A stretch of 64,000 nt of DNA from a virus (IMGVR_UViG_3300042472_000628:37455-101454); one strand, 5' to 3'. Numbered from the stretch's first letter, positions 8,725 to 18,010 are shown. Numbers and translations: made by a program. Notes: generated from the sequence alone by a model not told the origin.

Positions 8725-10152
8725 ATGAAATTAGTAGACGCTTTAAGACAAGAAGACATTTTAACAGAAAATGGCATGGCCACAAACTCAAGCTCATTAA
8801 ATGCTTGCGTAGATTTATTCTTTAACATTGGTGCAATGAGAGGCCAAGACAAACAACGTTTGATCGCAACCTTTTCGAAAGCGTTCAATGAAGATCCTAG
8901 ACGTGCAATGAAATTGTTATTTTGGGCACGTGATGTTAGAGGTGGTGCAGGTGAACGTCAAGTTTTCAAAGACATCTTAGTTTACTTAGCTGAGAATCAT
9001 GACTTGGTTTTAAAACCAAACTTACACTTGATTTCAGAATATGGTCGTTGGGATGACTTGTTAGTTCTTACAGGAACTTATTTAGAGAAAGAAGCATTTA
9101 CATTAATCTCAGATGCAATCATTGCTGAGAATGGTTTATGTGCTAAATGGATGCCACGTAAAGGTGCAGTAGCTGAAAAGTTACGTAAATTTACAGGTAT
9201 GTCACCAAAACAATATCGTAAATCATTAGTTGGTTTGACAAGTGTTGTTGAAACTAAAATGTGTGCTAAAGATTGGGACTCTATCGAGTTTGGTAAATTG
9301 CCATCAGTAGCATCAGCACGATACCAAAAAGCATTTGGTAAAAATGCATACGAAAGTTATTCAGCTTACATCGCTTCTTTAGTGAAAGGTGAAGCTAAGA
9401 TCAATGCAGGTGCAGTATATCCATATGATGTGATTAAGTCATTGACTCATGGAAATGCAACAGTTGCTAACGAGCAATGGAAAGCTTTACCAAACTACAT
9501 GGAAGGTGCAAACGATATGATTTTACCAGTTGTGGATGTTTCGGGTTCAATGTCAAGTCCAGCAAGTAAAACTGTAACTTGTATGGATGTTGCAATCTCT
9601 TTAGGTCTTTATATTTCTGAAAGAAATGAAGGTGCTTTTAAAGATGCATTCGTTACATTCTCAGATAATCCAAAATTACAAGTAGTTTCTGGATCTTTAG
9701 CTGACAGATATGCACAAATGTCGACAGCTGATTGGGGAATGAGTACAAACTTAGAAGCTACATTTAAATTGATTTTAGATCAAGCTACTAAGCACAAATT
9801 ATCTCAAGACGAAATGCCAAATAAAATCTTAATCTTATCAGATATGGAATTTAATTCGGCAACTGGTTCTAGAGGTTGGGGAAGTAATAGAACTGAAGCT
9901 TGGAATCCAACTGCTCAACAAATGATTGAGAACATGTACGATGTAGCAGGTTACACAATGCCTCAAATCGTTTATTGGAACATTCAATCCAGAAATGGTG
10001 GTGTACCAGTAGCATTTGACAAAGCGGGAACTGCATTGGTATCAGGATTCTCGCCAGCAATTATGACAAGTTTGCTTGGAGGTGATATTGAATCACCACA
10101 ACAAATAATGGATAAAACAATCTTGAGCGAGAGATACGCTCCAATTGTTTAG
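8725..10152 (+). CDS. Ro60/TROVE-related RNA-binding protein with C-terminal vWA domain (DUF2828-like)
   Basis: TENG, LFWARDVRGGAGER, YGRWDDL, AKWMPR, LPSVA and KINAGAVYPY; vWA MIDAS DVSGSM, ILSDMEF, YWN, LVSGFSP. Confidence 0.85.
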   Translation: MKLVDALRQEDILTENGMATNSSSLNACVDLFFNIGAMRGQDKQRLIATFSKAFNEDPRRAMKLLFWARDVRGGAGERQVFKDILVYLAENHDLVLKPNLHLISEYGRWDDLLVLTGTYLEKEAFTLISDAIIAENGLCAKWMPRKGAVAEKLRKFTGMSPKQYRKSLVGLTSVVETKMCAKDWDSIEFGKLPSVASARYQKAFGKNAYESYSAYIASLVKGEAKINAGAVYPYDVIKSLTHGNATVANEQWKALPNYMEGANDMILPVVDVSGSMSSPASKTVTCMDVAISLGLYISERNEGAFKDAFVTFSDNPKLQVVSGSLADRYAQMSTADWGMSTNLEATFKLILDQATKHKLSQDEMPNKILILSDMEFNSATGSRGWGSNRTEAWNPTAQQMIENMYDVAGYTMPQIVYWNIQSRNGGVPVAFDKAGTALVSGFSPAIMTSLLGGDIESPQQIMDKTILSERYAPIV

Positions 10153-10159
10153 ATATATA
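10152..10159 (+). promoter_or_regulatory. Putative late promoter driving the non-coding locus
   Basis: GATATATAATAAA, with no ORF downstream before the terminator at 10506. Confidence 0.6.
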
Positions 10160-10171
10160 ATAAAAGAAATT

Positions 10172-10232
10172 AGGTTCCTTACAGCAAACAATACACAAGC
10201 AATTACAAATTAAGCAAAAAGGAATGGAACCT
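10172..10232 (+). ncRNA. Candidate small structured RNA 1 (closing stem + TACAGCAA), possible Ro60 ligand
   Basis: AGGTTCC(10172-78) pairs with GGAACCT(10226-32). The stem is followed by N-TACAGCAA and an A-rich loop. Confidence 0.5.
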
Positions 10233-10234
10233 GG

Positions 10235-10494
10235 CGGATAGGTACAGCAAAAAGTACAAACACAGCTATGATAGAGTCTAGATAAAAACGTGGAGTTTTA
10301 AAATGGTTCGCCCTCTAAAACAGTGAAGCGCTAGACAAGGTGAAGGTTAACACTAGAAAATGGATCACAAGTCATACCACCCCAATAGGTGCAATTAGGA
10401 TGTAGTCGAAGTATAGTAGACTCTCGCGAAAGCAAAGCCGAAGACTATAAAGAGGGTTATTCTGCCGAGAAGAAAATCACGAACAACTATCCCG
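10235..10494 (+). ncRNA. Candidate structured RNA 2 (about 260 nt, closing stem + TACAGCAA)
   Basis: CGGATAG(10235-41) pairs with CTATCCCG(10487-94, one bulged C); same N-TACAGCAA after the stem. Inner helices CCCTCT/AGAGGG and TGTAGTC/GACTATA, plus a GC-GAAA-GC tetraloop. GC-richer than the flanks; no ORF. Confidence 0.5.
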
Positions 10495-10505
10495 TATTAG
10501 ATTAG

Positions 10506-10553
10506 AATCCTGGTAAAAATTGTTAATAACTTTTTTAACCAGGATTTTTTTTT
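10506..10553 (+). terminator. Rho-independent terminator overlapping the next early-type promoter
   Basis: AATCCTGGT ... ACCAGGATT followed by a T tract. Confidence 0.8.
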
Positions 10554-10576
10554 GTCAATTATTATTCGTATATTAG
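10519..10576 (+). promoter_or_regulatory. Putative early promoter
   Basis: ATTGTTaatAACTTTT ... TGTCAA-N10-TATATTAG. Confidence 0.7.
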
Positions 10577-10601
10577 CTTTATAATTAAAAACAAACAAAT
10601 T

Positions 10602-11336
10602 ATGCCACAAATATTTAAAGTAGGAGGTTGTATTAGAGATAAGTTTCTCGGAGTCGACTCAAAGGACATAGATTTCACATTCGTTTTAGACGATTTAAGT
10701 GGAACAGTAGAAGATGGTTTTCAAATCATGACGGATTGGATGACTGAAAGAGGATTTGAAATATTCTTAAGTACTCCAGATTGTTTTACGATTAGAGCTA
10801 AGTTTCCAAAAGATCACCAATTCACTGGACTTGTTGCAGATTTTGTAATGGCAAGAAAAGAAGTCGGTTACACTGAAGGAACTCGTCGACCAATCTTAGA
10901 ACTTGGAACTCTCGAAGATGATTTACTTCGTCGAGATTTCACAGTCAATGCTTTAGCAGAAGATATTGATGGAAACCTTATTGATCTTTTTGGTGGAGTA
11001 GATGACCTAAAAGCCGGTATTTTAAGAACTCCATTGGATCCACGTATCACTATGATGGACGATCCATTGAGAATCTTAAGAGCTCTTAGATTTACAATCA
11101 CTAAAGATTTGACAATGTCTATGGATATTTGGGAAGCTATTCAGCAACCAGGAATCTTAAAGAAATTAGAATTGACAGTAAGTAGCCAAAGAATCAGAGA
11201 CGAGATTGAAAAAATGATGAAATTTAATACCGTTAGAAGTTTTAGACTTTTAATGGATGTAGATGCTATCATTCCAGGATTTTTAGAATTAATCTTCAAA
11301 GATGGAATGTGGTTAATGCCAACCTTTAAACAATAA
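10602..11336 (+). CDS. cca: Class II tRNA nucleotidyltransferase (CCA-adding / poly(A) polymerase family), compact
   Basis: VGGCIRD, DIDF, RRDFTVNAL, DDPLRILRALRF; only 244 aa. Confidence 0.85.
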   Translation: MPQIFKVGGCIRDKFLGVDSKDIDFTFVLDDLSGTVEDGFQIMTDWMTERGFEIFLSTPDCFTIRAKFPKDHQFTGLVADFVMARKEVGYTEGTRRPILELGTLEDDLLRRDFTVNALAEDIDGNLIDLFGGVDDLKAGILRTPLDPRITMMDDPLRILRALRFTITKDLTMSMDIWEAIQQPGILKKLELTVSSQRIRDEIEKMMKFNTVRSFRLLMDVDAIIPGFLELIFKDGMWLMPTFKQ

Positions 11337-11340
11337 TATT

Positions 11341-11994
11341 ATGATAAACAATTTAGAATTAATTAGACCTTTATTGAACTTCGAAAAGAAGGGTGACTTT
11401 TACATGCTTTATGTTTTTAAACGTAAGAAAGATCAACCTGAAGGCGAACGAGATAATCATCAATCAGTAAGAACTATTAAGACTTATTGTATTGAAAGTA
11501 TTGACCATTTGGAACGTAGATGGGATGAGATTATTCAATTATGTGAGATGTTTAAGGCACGTGCTTATATTCATGTACAAAAACAAAATCACTTTGATGT
11601 GTCACTTAATATGATGGTTGCACTTGCACAAAGAATTCAAGATGGTAACACAAATCAAAAGGGACTATTCGATTCTGTTGTTGGTCAAATCAAAACTCAA
11701 GAAAAGAGATGGATCATTGATGTAGATGATATGATGGAAGCTAGTCCAGTGATGATGGCTTATATTGAATACAATTGTGCACCGATTACTAAAGTTAAAT
11801 TTGATGAAGCAGGAATGCCAATTGGGTATGAAGTTGGTCCAAAAATTGAAGCGATCATTCCAACTAAGAATGGTCATCATTTAATCACTAAGAAGTTCGA
11901 CGTAATGAAGTTCAAAGAGGCTTATCCTGATTTAGATATTCAAAAGAAGAATCCTACACTATTGTACTATCCTGATAGTCTAGAAAATTGTTAA
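11341..11994 (+). CDS. Hypothetical protein, possible AEP (primase-polymerase) superfamily fold
   Basis: WIIDVD (DxD), TKNGHH (xxGxH), LDIQK. Confidence 0.4.
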   Translation: MINNLELIRPLLNFEKKGDFYMLYVFKRKKDQPEGERDNHQSVRTIKTYCIESIDHLERRWDEIIQLCEMFKARAYIHVQKQNHFDVSLNMMVALAQRIQDGNTNQKGLFDSVVGQIKTQEKRWIIDVDDMMEASPVMMAYIEYNCAPITKVKFDEAGMPIGYEVGPKIEAIIPTKNGHHLITKKFDVMKFKEAYPDLDIQKKNPTLLYYPDSLENC

Positions 11995-12044
11995 CAACTT
12001 TTATTACTAATATTTTTTTATGTCAATTATTATTCGTATATTAG
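11987..12044 (+). promoter_or_regulatory. Putative early promoter
   Basis: ATTGTTaacAACTTTT ... TGTCAA-N10-TATATTAG. Confidence 0.7.
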
Positions 12045-12069
12045 CTCTATAATTAAAAACAACTATAAT

Positions 12070-12456
12070 ATGAAAAATTACAAAATGTACAAAGGACAAA
12101 ATCTTAAGATTGATAATATAATTATTAGCGCAAATACTGTCGTTAATGTATTGCAAGAAAATTCAACTTCGGCTGTGGTAGAAACGGTTTATTCAAATCA
12201 AGGAACAAGATTTCAATGTTCTCTTTATGACCTAAATGAATTAAATAGAATGGTAACCGAAGATATAAAGTTAGATTATTCTAAGATTAATAATGTAACA
12301 GTTGGAGGAATTGACATGGAAGATTATGGAGATTTTTGTGATGCATACATTGAATCTGCAGATTACGGAGATCGCGAAATGAGTGAAAAGGAATTGGACA
12401 TCTTAAATGAAGATAGCCAATTTGTTAATGAGTCAGTATTTGCTCAACTTTATTAA
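12070..12456 (+). CDS. Hypothetical acidic early protein
   Basis: ORF after the early promoter; C-terminal GIDMEDYGDFCDAYIESADY motif. Confidence 0.7.
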   Translation: MKNYKMYKGQNLKIDNIIISANTVVNVLQENSTSAVVETVYSNQGTRFQCSLYDLNELNRMVTEDIKLDYSKINNVTVGGIDMEDYGDFCDAYIESADYGDREMSEKELDILNEDSQFVNESVFAQLY

Positions 12457-12465
12457 AGGCAAAGC

Positions 12466-12493
12466 GAAACAAAATAAGTCTAATACATATAAT
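12466..12493 (+). promoter_or_regulatory. Putative middle promoter GAAAC-N17-TATAAT (heads the modification-like cluster)
   Basis: Exact spacing match to the other copies. Confidence 0.7.
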
Positions 12494-12507
12494 AATAAAC
12501 ACTTCAC

Positions 12508-12810
12508 ATGAACAAAACTAATATTTTAGAAGAAGCTAACAAAATTGTTAATGAACGCTCAGAAGAAAAAGAACGCATGTATGGACCTTTCGAAGAAGGT
12601 ATGCGAAGAGCTGCAATGATTTTTAATGGCATGACTGGTAAAGAAATGAATGGATCTGACATGTATGCAGCTTTAGTTGCACTTAAATTGAGTCGTCATT
12701 CATATAATTATAAACAAGATAATCTATTAGATGCAGTTGCATACTTAGGTGCTCTTGACAACTATGTTGAAAAACATGGTTATGGTGAATCAGAAGATCC
12801 TATTAAATAA
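12508..12810 (+). CDS. DUF6378-like small helical protein, putative dNTP diphosphohydrolase
   Basis: ILEEANKIVNERSEEKERMYG ... ALKLSR ... DNLLDAVAY pattern. Confidence 0.6.
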   Translation: MNKTNILEEANKIVNERSEEKERMYGPFEEGMRRAAMIFNGMTGKEMNGSDMYAALVALKLSRHSYNYKQDNLLDAVAYLGALDNYVEKHGYGESEDPIK

Positions 12811-12816
12811 TATCAT

Positions 12817-13890
12817 ATGTCAGAATTTAAGTACTTAACAGACTATGTTACCGATAAGTCGTCTCGTATAGCGATTGCAGCCTTAGTTGGTAAATTAAGT
12901 CCAAAGGAAAGCTCACACAAAAGCGGTTGGGCATTTCATTTAGCTAATCAAATAACTAACTTGGGATTTGAAAGAGTAGATGTCATTACAGATACTGAAA
13001 CCAAATGGCAAGATTACGACTGTATTCTTATCGAACATGGTATGGAATTCAAAGGTACTTTTAATATTTTTGGTGGTGCGAACGATGATTTGTACCACCA
13101 ATTAATTCGTATCAAAAGTGGTGTACAGATGTATAGTTTACATCATGATATGCCATGTATTGCTACACTTATCGAACAAAGACTTAAAACTGGAACTGAC
13201 TTATTTAAATCTATCGAACCAGATATCGAACCAATAAGAGAAATTTGTGCAAACGATATTCCAAGAATTGATCACATTGCTAAAACAGAAAAACTTTGTT
13301 TTGGTGATAGCCATTCATTTAGTCAATATACACCGGGTTACATGACTCAACGTCATGATGGTTTGACTATGCATGGTGCACTTAAACGAGGTCTAGACAC
13401 ATATGTATATCCATGGATCACTGATCTTAGGGTCTACATGGGTAACATTGATGTGAGACATCATTTAATGAGACAAGATAATCCTTCAGCTTCTGTTAAA
13501 AATCTTATGATTAAATATGAACAAGAATTATTGAAACTACAAGAACGCGGTGTTACCAATATTGAAGTAATACATTGTTTACCTATTGAAAACGAATCAA
13601 GAGTGTTGCCTAAAACAGGTTACTATAAAGGAACGCCATATACTGGAACTTGGTCAGAACGTGCAGCTTTAGTCAAAGAAATTAATTCATCTATCGATGA
13701 TATGTGTCAAAGAAATGGATGGAAATCATATAAACATCCAGAAGTGTATTTTAATGCACTTAACGAATTGACATTTGATGTTATGGAAAAACCAAAATCA
13801 GTACACATTGCCCGTGAATTTTACAGATGGGATGTTGCTAAGAATGAACCTAACAAAAAACTAATTAAACAAACGCTTGCACTTTTTTAA
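12817..13890 (+). CDS. Hypothetical protein with C-terminal SGNH-like domain
   Basis: FGDSHS, YMGNIDVRHH, KSVH. Confidence 0.5.
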   Translation: MSEFKYLTDYVTDKSSRIAIAALVGKLSPKESSHKSGWAFHLANQITNLGFERVDVITDTETKWQDYDCILIEHGMEFKGTFNIFGGANDDLYHQLIRIKSGVQMYSLHHDMPCIATLIEQRLKTGTDLFKSIEPDIEPIREICANDIPRIDHIAKTEKLCFGDSHSFSQYTPGYMTQRHDGLTMHGALKRGLDTYVYPWITDLRVYMGNIDVRHHLMRQDNPSASVKNLMIKYEQELLKLQERGVTNIEVIHCLPIENESRVLPKTGYYKGTPYTGTWSERAALVKEINSSIDDMCQRNGWKSYKHPEVYFNALNELTFDVMEKPKSVHIAREFYRWDVAKNEPNKKLIKQTLALF

Positions 13891-13891
13891 A

Positions 13892-14041
13892 ATGGAAAAG
13901 AATGATGAAAAATACAAAATAGAAATAACGTACACTAATGGTACGATAGAGATATTAGAAATTAAAACAAATGAATTAGAATGGTCTATGATGCAATATC
14001 AAAGAAATAGAGATCCTTTTAATTGGAAAGTAATTAAGTAA
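13892..14041 (+). CDS. Small hypothetical protein (49 aa), absent from the ORF track
   Basis: ATG at 13892 to TAA at 14041 (MEKNDEKYKIEITYTNG..) fills the gap between neighbours exactly. Confidence 0.6.
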   Translation: MEKNDEKYKIEITYTNGTIEILEIKTNELEWSMMQYQRNRDPFNWKVIK

Positions 14042-14042
14042 T

Positions 14043-15251
14043 ATGCAAATAAAAACTACCAGATACTATGAAGAATTCCTAAGATATTATGATCTTGCAC
14101 TTAAACAACAAGAGCTTAGTAATTTAGGTCATATTCCTCATCATGAAAGTGATGTTAATGACGAGTTAATGCACCATATTGAATTATATGATGTAGTAGA
14201 ACGTAAATTTGCAGGATTCTCAGCAATCATCAACGATTGTTTTTATGGTTGGACAGAAGATCATCCATATTGGTCTCGTATGGATGCAGGACTTTACACA
14301 CCACAAAGATTTGAGATTGCAAATAATTGGACAAACAAACAAAGAGTATTTGGATTAGAAGAGTGGCTTTATGTGTTTATATTACACAGAGTTTGTGGAT
14401 CTGCAATTAATTATGCAACCAAACCTTCTGGTTATCACAATACAATATTGCCATCTTTACATGATTGTAATACAATTGAAGAAATGTGTGAAAAGATTAA
14501 ATATCATCCAACACCATTTTATACTTCAGTTGGTTATCAATTTCCGGCATTTCCAAAACCACCTACACCAACTTCAGACGAAGATAGTTTTGTAGGTATG
14601 TCATCGTTTAAAAAACCAGAATATGTTTACAAACGAGGTGGAGATTATTTCTTATGTGAATATGCACCAAGATTAGCAAGAGATATGGCAACATATCTAA
14701 CAACTGGTGATAAAAAAGACTTAAGAGAATTAGGTGATTGGATGTTTAAGTGGAATGCAGACAATGGTTTAAGAGCTTATAGATTTCAATACGCTGCAGT
14801 AATTGCAGATGTTGCAGATTGGTTCCCAGAATATATGAACAGAGAATCTATGTTTTATTATGGAACAAATGCAGTAGAATGTATTGGTTATTTGGCAGAT
14901 CCAGTTTCAGGTGGTGGCAAGAAAAGTGAAGAATTCTTAGATTCTGTTATGAATAAGATCTATGAAGATACAGGATCATTGCCATATAACGCAGAAGATG
15001 TGGCCTGCGATTATATTAGATGGATCGAAAACTACTTAAGACCGGGAGCAGACTATGCCCACATCAACATGGACACTCTATGGAACTCTTCATCAATAAA
15101 CGATCATCCATTTGGTAGACAAAAAGCTATGTTAGATTTAGGTCTTGTAGAGACTTTCAATGGTATGACTTCGTTTCCATCAGATGACAAGATATTACAA
15201 GCTGCTGGAGTTTCAGTAGAAGATTATAAAAAAATGGTAAGTAAACTATGA
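14043..15251 (+). CDS. Amino acid:DNA transferase / aGPT-PPlase-like protein (HhH glycosylase fold) 1
   Basis: LHRVCGS, FQYAAVIAD, YYGTNAVECI and NAEDVACDYIRW resemble the family pattern. Confidence 0.55.
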   Translation: MQIKTTRYYEEFLRYYDLALKQQELSNLGHIPHHESDVNDELMHHIELYDVVERKFAGFSAIINDCFYGWTEDHPYWSRMDAGLYTPQRFEIANNWTNKQRVFGLEEWLYVFILHRVCGSAINYATKPSGYHNTILPSLHDCNTIEEMCEKIKYHPTPFYTSVGYQFPAFPKPPTPTSDEDSFVGMSSFKKPEYVYKRGGDYFLCEYAPRLARDMATYLTTGDKKDLRELGDWMFKWNADNGLRAYRFQYAAVIADVADWFPEYMNRESMFYYGTNAVECIGYLADPVSGGGKKSEEFLDSVMNKIYEDTGSLPYNAEDVACDYIRWIENYLRPGADYAHINMDTLWNSSSINDHPFGRQKAMLDLGLVETFNGMTSFPSDDKILQAAGVSVEDYKKMVSKL

Positions 15252-16375
15252 TTAACGACCAACAAGTAGTAAGAGAACCTCAGTGCGATATTGAACCTAA
15301 AAGAAAGGCTTCAAGTATAATTCAGAATAAATTATTTGAATTTGAAGATGACACTAATATGGTTTATAATAATATTTCATATGAAGGCACTTCAGATATT
15401 ATCATGCATAATGGTAAACCTAAGGAAAGCTGGATGAAAGATTGGACTCAAGAACAACGTTTTGATAAATTCTTTGAATTTTGTCATGCGTTTGATAAGA
15501 GACAAGATAAATTATTATCAGAAGATTATCAAATATTTTCACACAGATTACATTGGCACGAACATCCATACTGTTATATGATGCAAAATGAAACTAATCT
15601 AGAAAAGCTTCTTTATTATACGATAGTATTCTCATTCAGTAATGAACATTGGGGAACTATTATGAGGTTGATTAATGAAGGTGAAGAAAAAACAAGAGAA
15701 CACTTTGTTGAAAACAGACATGCACGTAATGATCTATTTCAAATCTATTATCCTAAAGGTACACAAGTTAAAGATTGGTTATTAGAAGGACCTAAAAAAG
15801 CAGCCAAAGATATGGCTTATGTTTTAGAAAATCTAGAGAGACCATATACGATGATGGAATTTGCAAAAATTCTAGAAAAGTATTTTAAAGAACACCAAAA
15901 CTTTAGAAGTCCATTATATCCATGTAAGAACACTGCACGATATGTTGCAATGAGTAGACCAGATCTTGTAGATCCTGAGTCAATTCTTTTTGGTGGAACA
16001 GGACACTTTGATGGTATGATGCAAATCTTTGGAGGACCAAACTTAAATGGTAAAGTAAAATATTCTATTGACAAAGATGGACAATTTATAGCAGAAAACA
16101 AGTATGCTGAAATGTGGATTGAACAAATGCATATTTTAGCTAATCATCCAAACAACCCAATGACTAGTCAAAAGATGTTAAACGTAGAAGATAAAACGTG
16201 CTTCATGTATAAGCATATTGCAATTAGTCATGGTATTAAATCTCCAACTAAGAGAATTCCATACACATGGATTTTTGATGGAGCATTCAATTTAGCAAAA
16301 CATCCCACAGAAAATATTATAGTAAATGCTGAAACAACTCGATACTTGTGGGGTAAAGATTATCCTAACGAATAA
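15248..16375 (+). CDS. Amino acid:DNA transferase / aGPT-PPlase-like protein 2 (paralog)
   Basis: KNTARYVAM, FGGTGHFDGM and NVEDKTCFMYKH parallel the motifs of the preceding gene; ATGA overlap. Confidence 0.45.
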   Translation: MINDQQVVREPQCDIEPKRKASSIIQNKLFEFEDDTNMVYNNISYEGTSDIIMHNGKPKESWMKDWTQEQRFDKFFEFCHAFDKRQDKLLSEDYQIFSHRLHWHEHPYCYMMQNETNLEKLLYYTIVFSFSNEHWGTIMRLINEGEEKTREHFVENRHARNDLFQIYYPKGTQVKDWLLEGPKKAAKDMAYVLENLERPYTMMEFAKILEKYFKEHQNFRSPLYPCKNTARYVAMSRPDLVDPESILFGGTGHFDGMMQIFGGPNLNGKVKYSIDKDGQFIAENKYAEMWIEQMHILANHPNNPMTSQKMLNVEDKTCFMYKHIAISHGIKSPTKRIPYTWIFDGAFNLAKHPTENIIVNAETTRYLWGKDYPNE

Positions 16376-16386
16376 AAATAAAGAAA

Positions 16387-17058
16387 ATGAAAAATAAAGC
16401 AGAAGATGCATGGCAAATCCTAAGAATTCAAGGAGAATTTACAAAAGGATTTGATACATTTAGCGAACTGGGCCCATGTATTTCCGTATTCGGAAGTGCA
16501 AGAACCAAAGTTGCAACTAAATGGTATGAAGAGGCAAAATTATTCGGCAAACTAATTGCATGTGAAGGTTTTGGTGTAATTACAGGAGGTGGTCCTGGTA
16601 TTATGGCAGCAGCTAATCATGGCGCAAAAGAAGTTGGTGGTAAATCTATTGGAATTGGAATTGAATTGCCATTTGAAGCAGGAATGAACAAGTATGTTGA
16701 CCTTGGAGTTGAGTGTAGGTATTTCTTTACACGTAAAGTTATGTTCTTAAAATACTCACAAGCGTTTGCAGTATTTCCTGGAGGTCTTGGTACAATGGAT
16801 GAATTATTTGAAGCTATTACATTAGCACAATGTGGACATAATGTAAAATACCCAATAGTTTTAGTTGGTAAAGAATACTGGACAGGATTAGTAGATTGGC
16901 TTAGAAACGTTGTACTTGAAAATGGTAAAATGAGTGATAAAGATTTTGATCTATTTAGAATCGTAGACAGTGCAGAAGAAGCAAGAGATAAAATCATGGA
17001 ATATCATAACAAATATATGACAGATCCAGAATATTTAGGAAGTAAAACAAATTTTTAA
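16387..17058 (+). CDS. LOG family (TIGR00730-type) nucleotide monophosphate phosphoribohydrolase
   Basis: SVFGSAR, TGGGPGIM, YFFTRK, PGGLGTMDELFE. Confidence 0.9.
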   Translation: MKNKAEDAWQILRIQGEFTKGFDTFSELGPCISVFGSARTKVATKWYEEAKLFGKLIACEGFGVITGGGPGIMAAANHGAKEVGGKSIGIGIELPFEAGMNKYVDLGVECRYFFTRKVMFLKYSQAFAVFPGGLGTMDELFEAITLAQCGHNVKYPIVLVGKEYWTGLVDWLRNVVLENGKMSDKDFDLFRIVDSAEEARDKIMEYHNKYMTDPEYLGSKTNF

Positions 17059-17060
17059 TT

Positions 17061-17957
17061 ATGTCACACGATAAACACACAAATAGTAATAGAAATCAGG
17101 ATCTAAATCTAATGATGCCAAATAGACAGGCTTGGTTAGATTTAGCAGGTGATTGGAAAGATCCATTCGATTCTCCTAAAATTGTAGAACATGATGGATT
17201 TAACGTAGTTCGAGAAGATTTAATGGGCTTTGGATCTAAATGTAGATTTGGTGACATCTTAGTTAGTAAATGTCAAACAGATACATTAGTATACGTTCAA
17301 CCTCGTTTTGGTTTTGCTGGAATTTCATTGGCATATTTAGCTGAAAAGTACAATAAGAAATTGGTCTTATTTAGTCCATCTCAAAAAGAGATTTCAGATC
17401 ATCAAGCTATTTGTATTGAGAATGGCGCTGAAATGAAATTTAAAAGAATCGCAGCAATGCCAAATCTGAATGCACATGCAAAAAGATGGGCTGAAGAAAA
17501 CAATGCAACTTTTATTCCATTAGGTTTAAAACATGAATTAGTTACAGCGGCTGCAGTTAAAGTAGCTTATGATCTTGCAGAGGAACATGGATACCCGAAA
17601 GAAGTTTGGTCTGCTATTTCAACAGGAGTTTTACAAAGAGCTTTACAAATCGCATGGCCAGATGCAGACTTTAATGCAGTGGCAGTTGCACGTAATATCA
17701 AAGATGGTGAATTAGGAAGAGCAAATGTATGGTCACATCCTAAACAATTTAATCAAGATGTAGATGCTGCATATATGCCACCGTTTCCTTCAGCTACTAA
17801 CTATGATGCAAAAGCATGGGAATTTATGAAAAAACATGGAAATCCAGGTGCATGGTTTTGGAATGTAGGTGGAGATCCTAAACCAAAACAAATGACTACT
17901 AAAGAAACTGTTAATTCTCAAAGAGGATGGGGAGAAGTTTTGGAAATGGATCAATAA
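17061..17957 (+). CDS. PLP-dependent enzyme, fold type II
   Basis: VVREDLMGFGSKCR (Schiff-base Lys), AISTG, YDAKAW, FWNVG. Confidence 0.75.
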   Translation: MSHDKHTNSNRNQDLNLMMPNRQAWLDLAGDWKDPFDSPKIVEHDGFNVVREDLMGFGSKCRFGDILVSKCQTDTLVYVQPRFGFAGISLAYLAEKYNKKLVLFSPSQKEISDHQAICIENGAEMKFKRIAAMPNLNAHAKRWAEENNATFIPLGLKHELVTAAAVKVAYDLAEEHGYPKEVWSAISTGVLQRALQIAWPDADFNAVAVARNIKDGELGRANVWSHPKQFNQDVDAAYMPPFPSATNYDAKAWEFMKKHGNPGAWFWNVGGDPKPKQMTTKETVNSQRGWGEVLEMDQ

Positions 17958-17963
17958 AAACCT

Positions 17964-17991
17964 GAAACTAAATTAAAAATATTCATATTAA
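17964..17991 (+). promoter_or_regulatory. Putative middle promoter (variant GAAAC-N17-TATTAA)
   Basis: Upstream of the dUTPase and polymerase N-terminal half. Confidence 0.5.
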
Positions 17992-18010
17992 TACTATAAC
18001 AAAATAAAAA

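Noticed and set aside
10172-10494. Group I intron, RNase P RNA, tmRNA or tRNA as the identity of the non-coding locus
   Set aside because: GATGTAGTC and GAAGACTATA resemble the S and R elements but are in the wrong order and no gene is interrupted. There is no GAGGAAAGUCC, no GTTCGA T-arm with an acceptor end, and no tag ORF.
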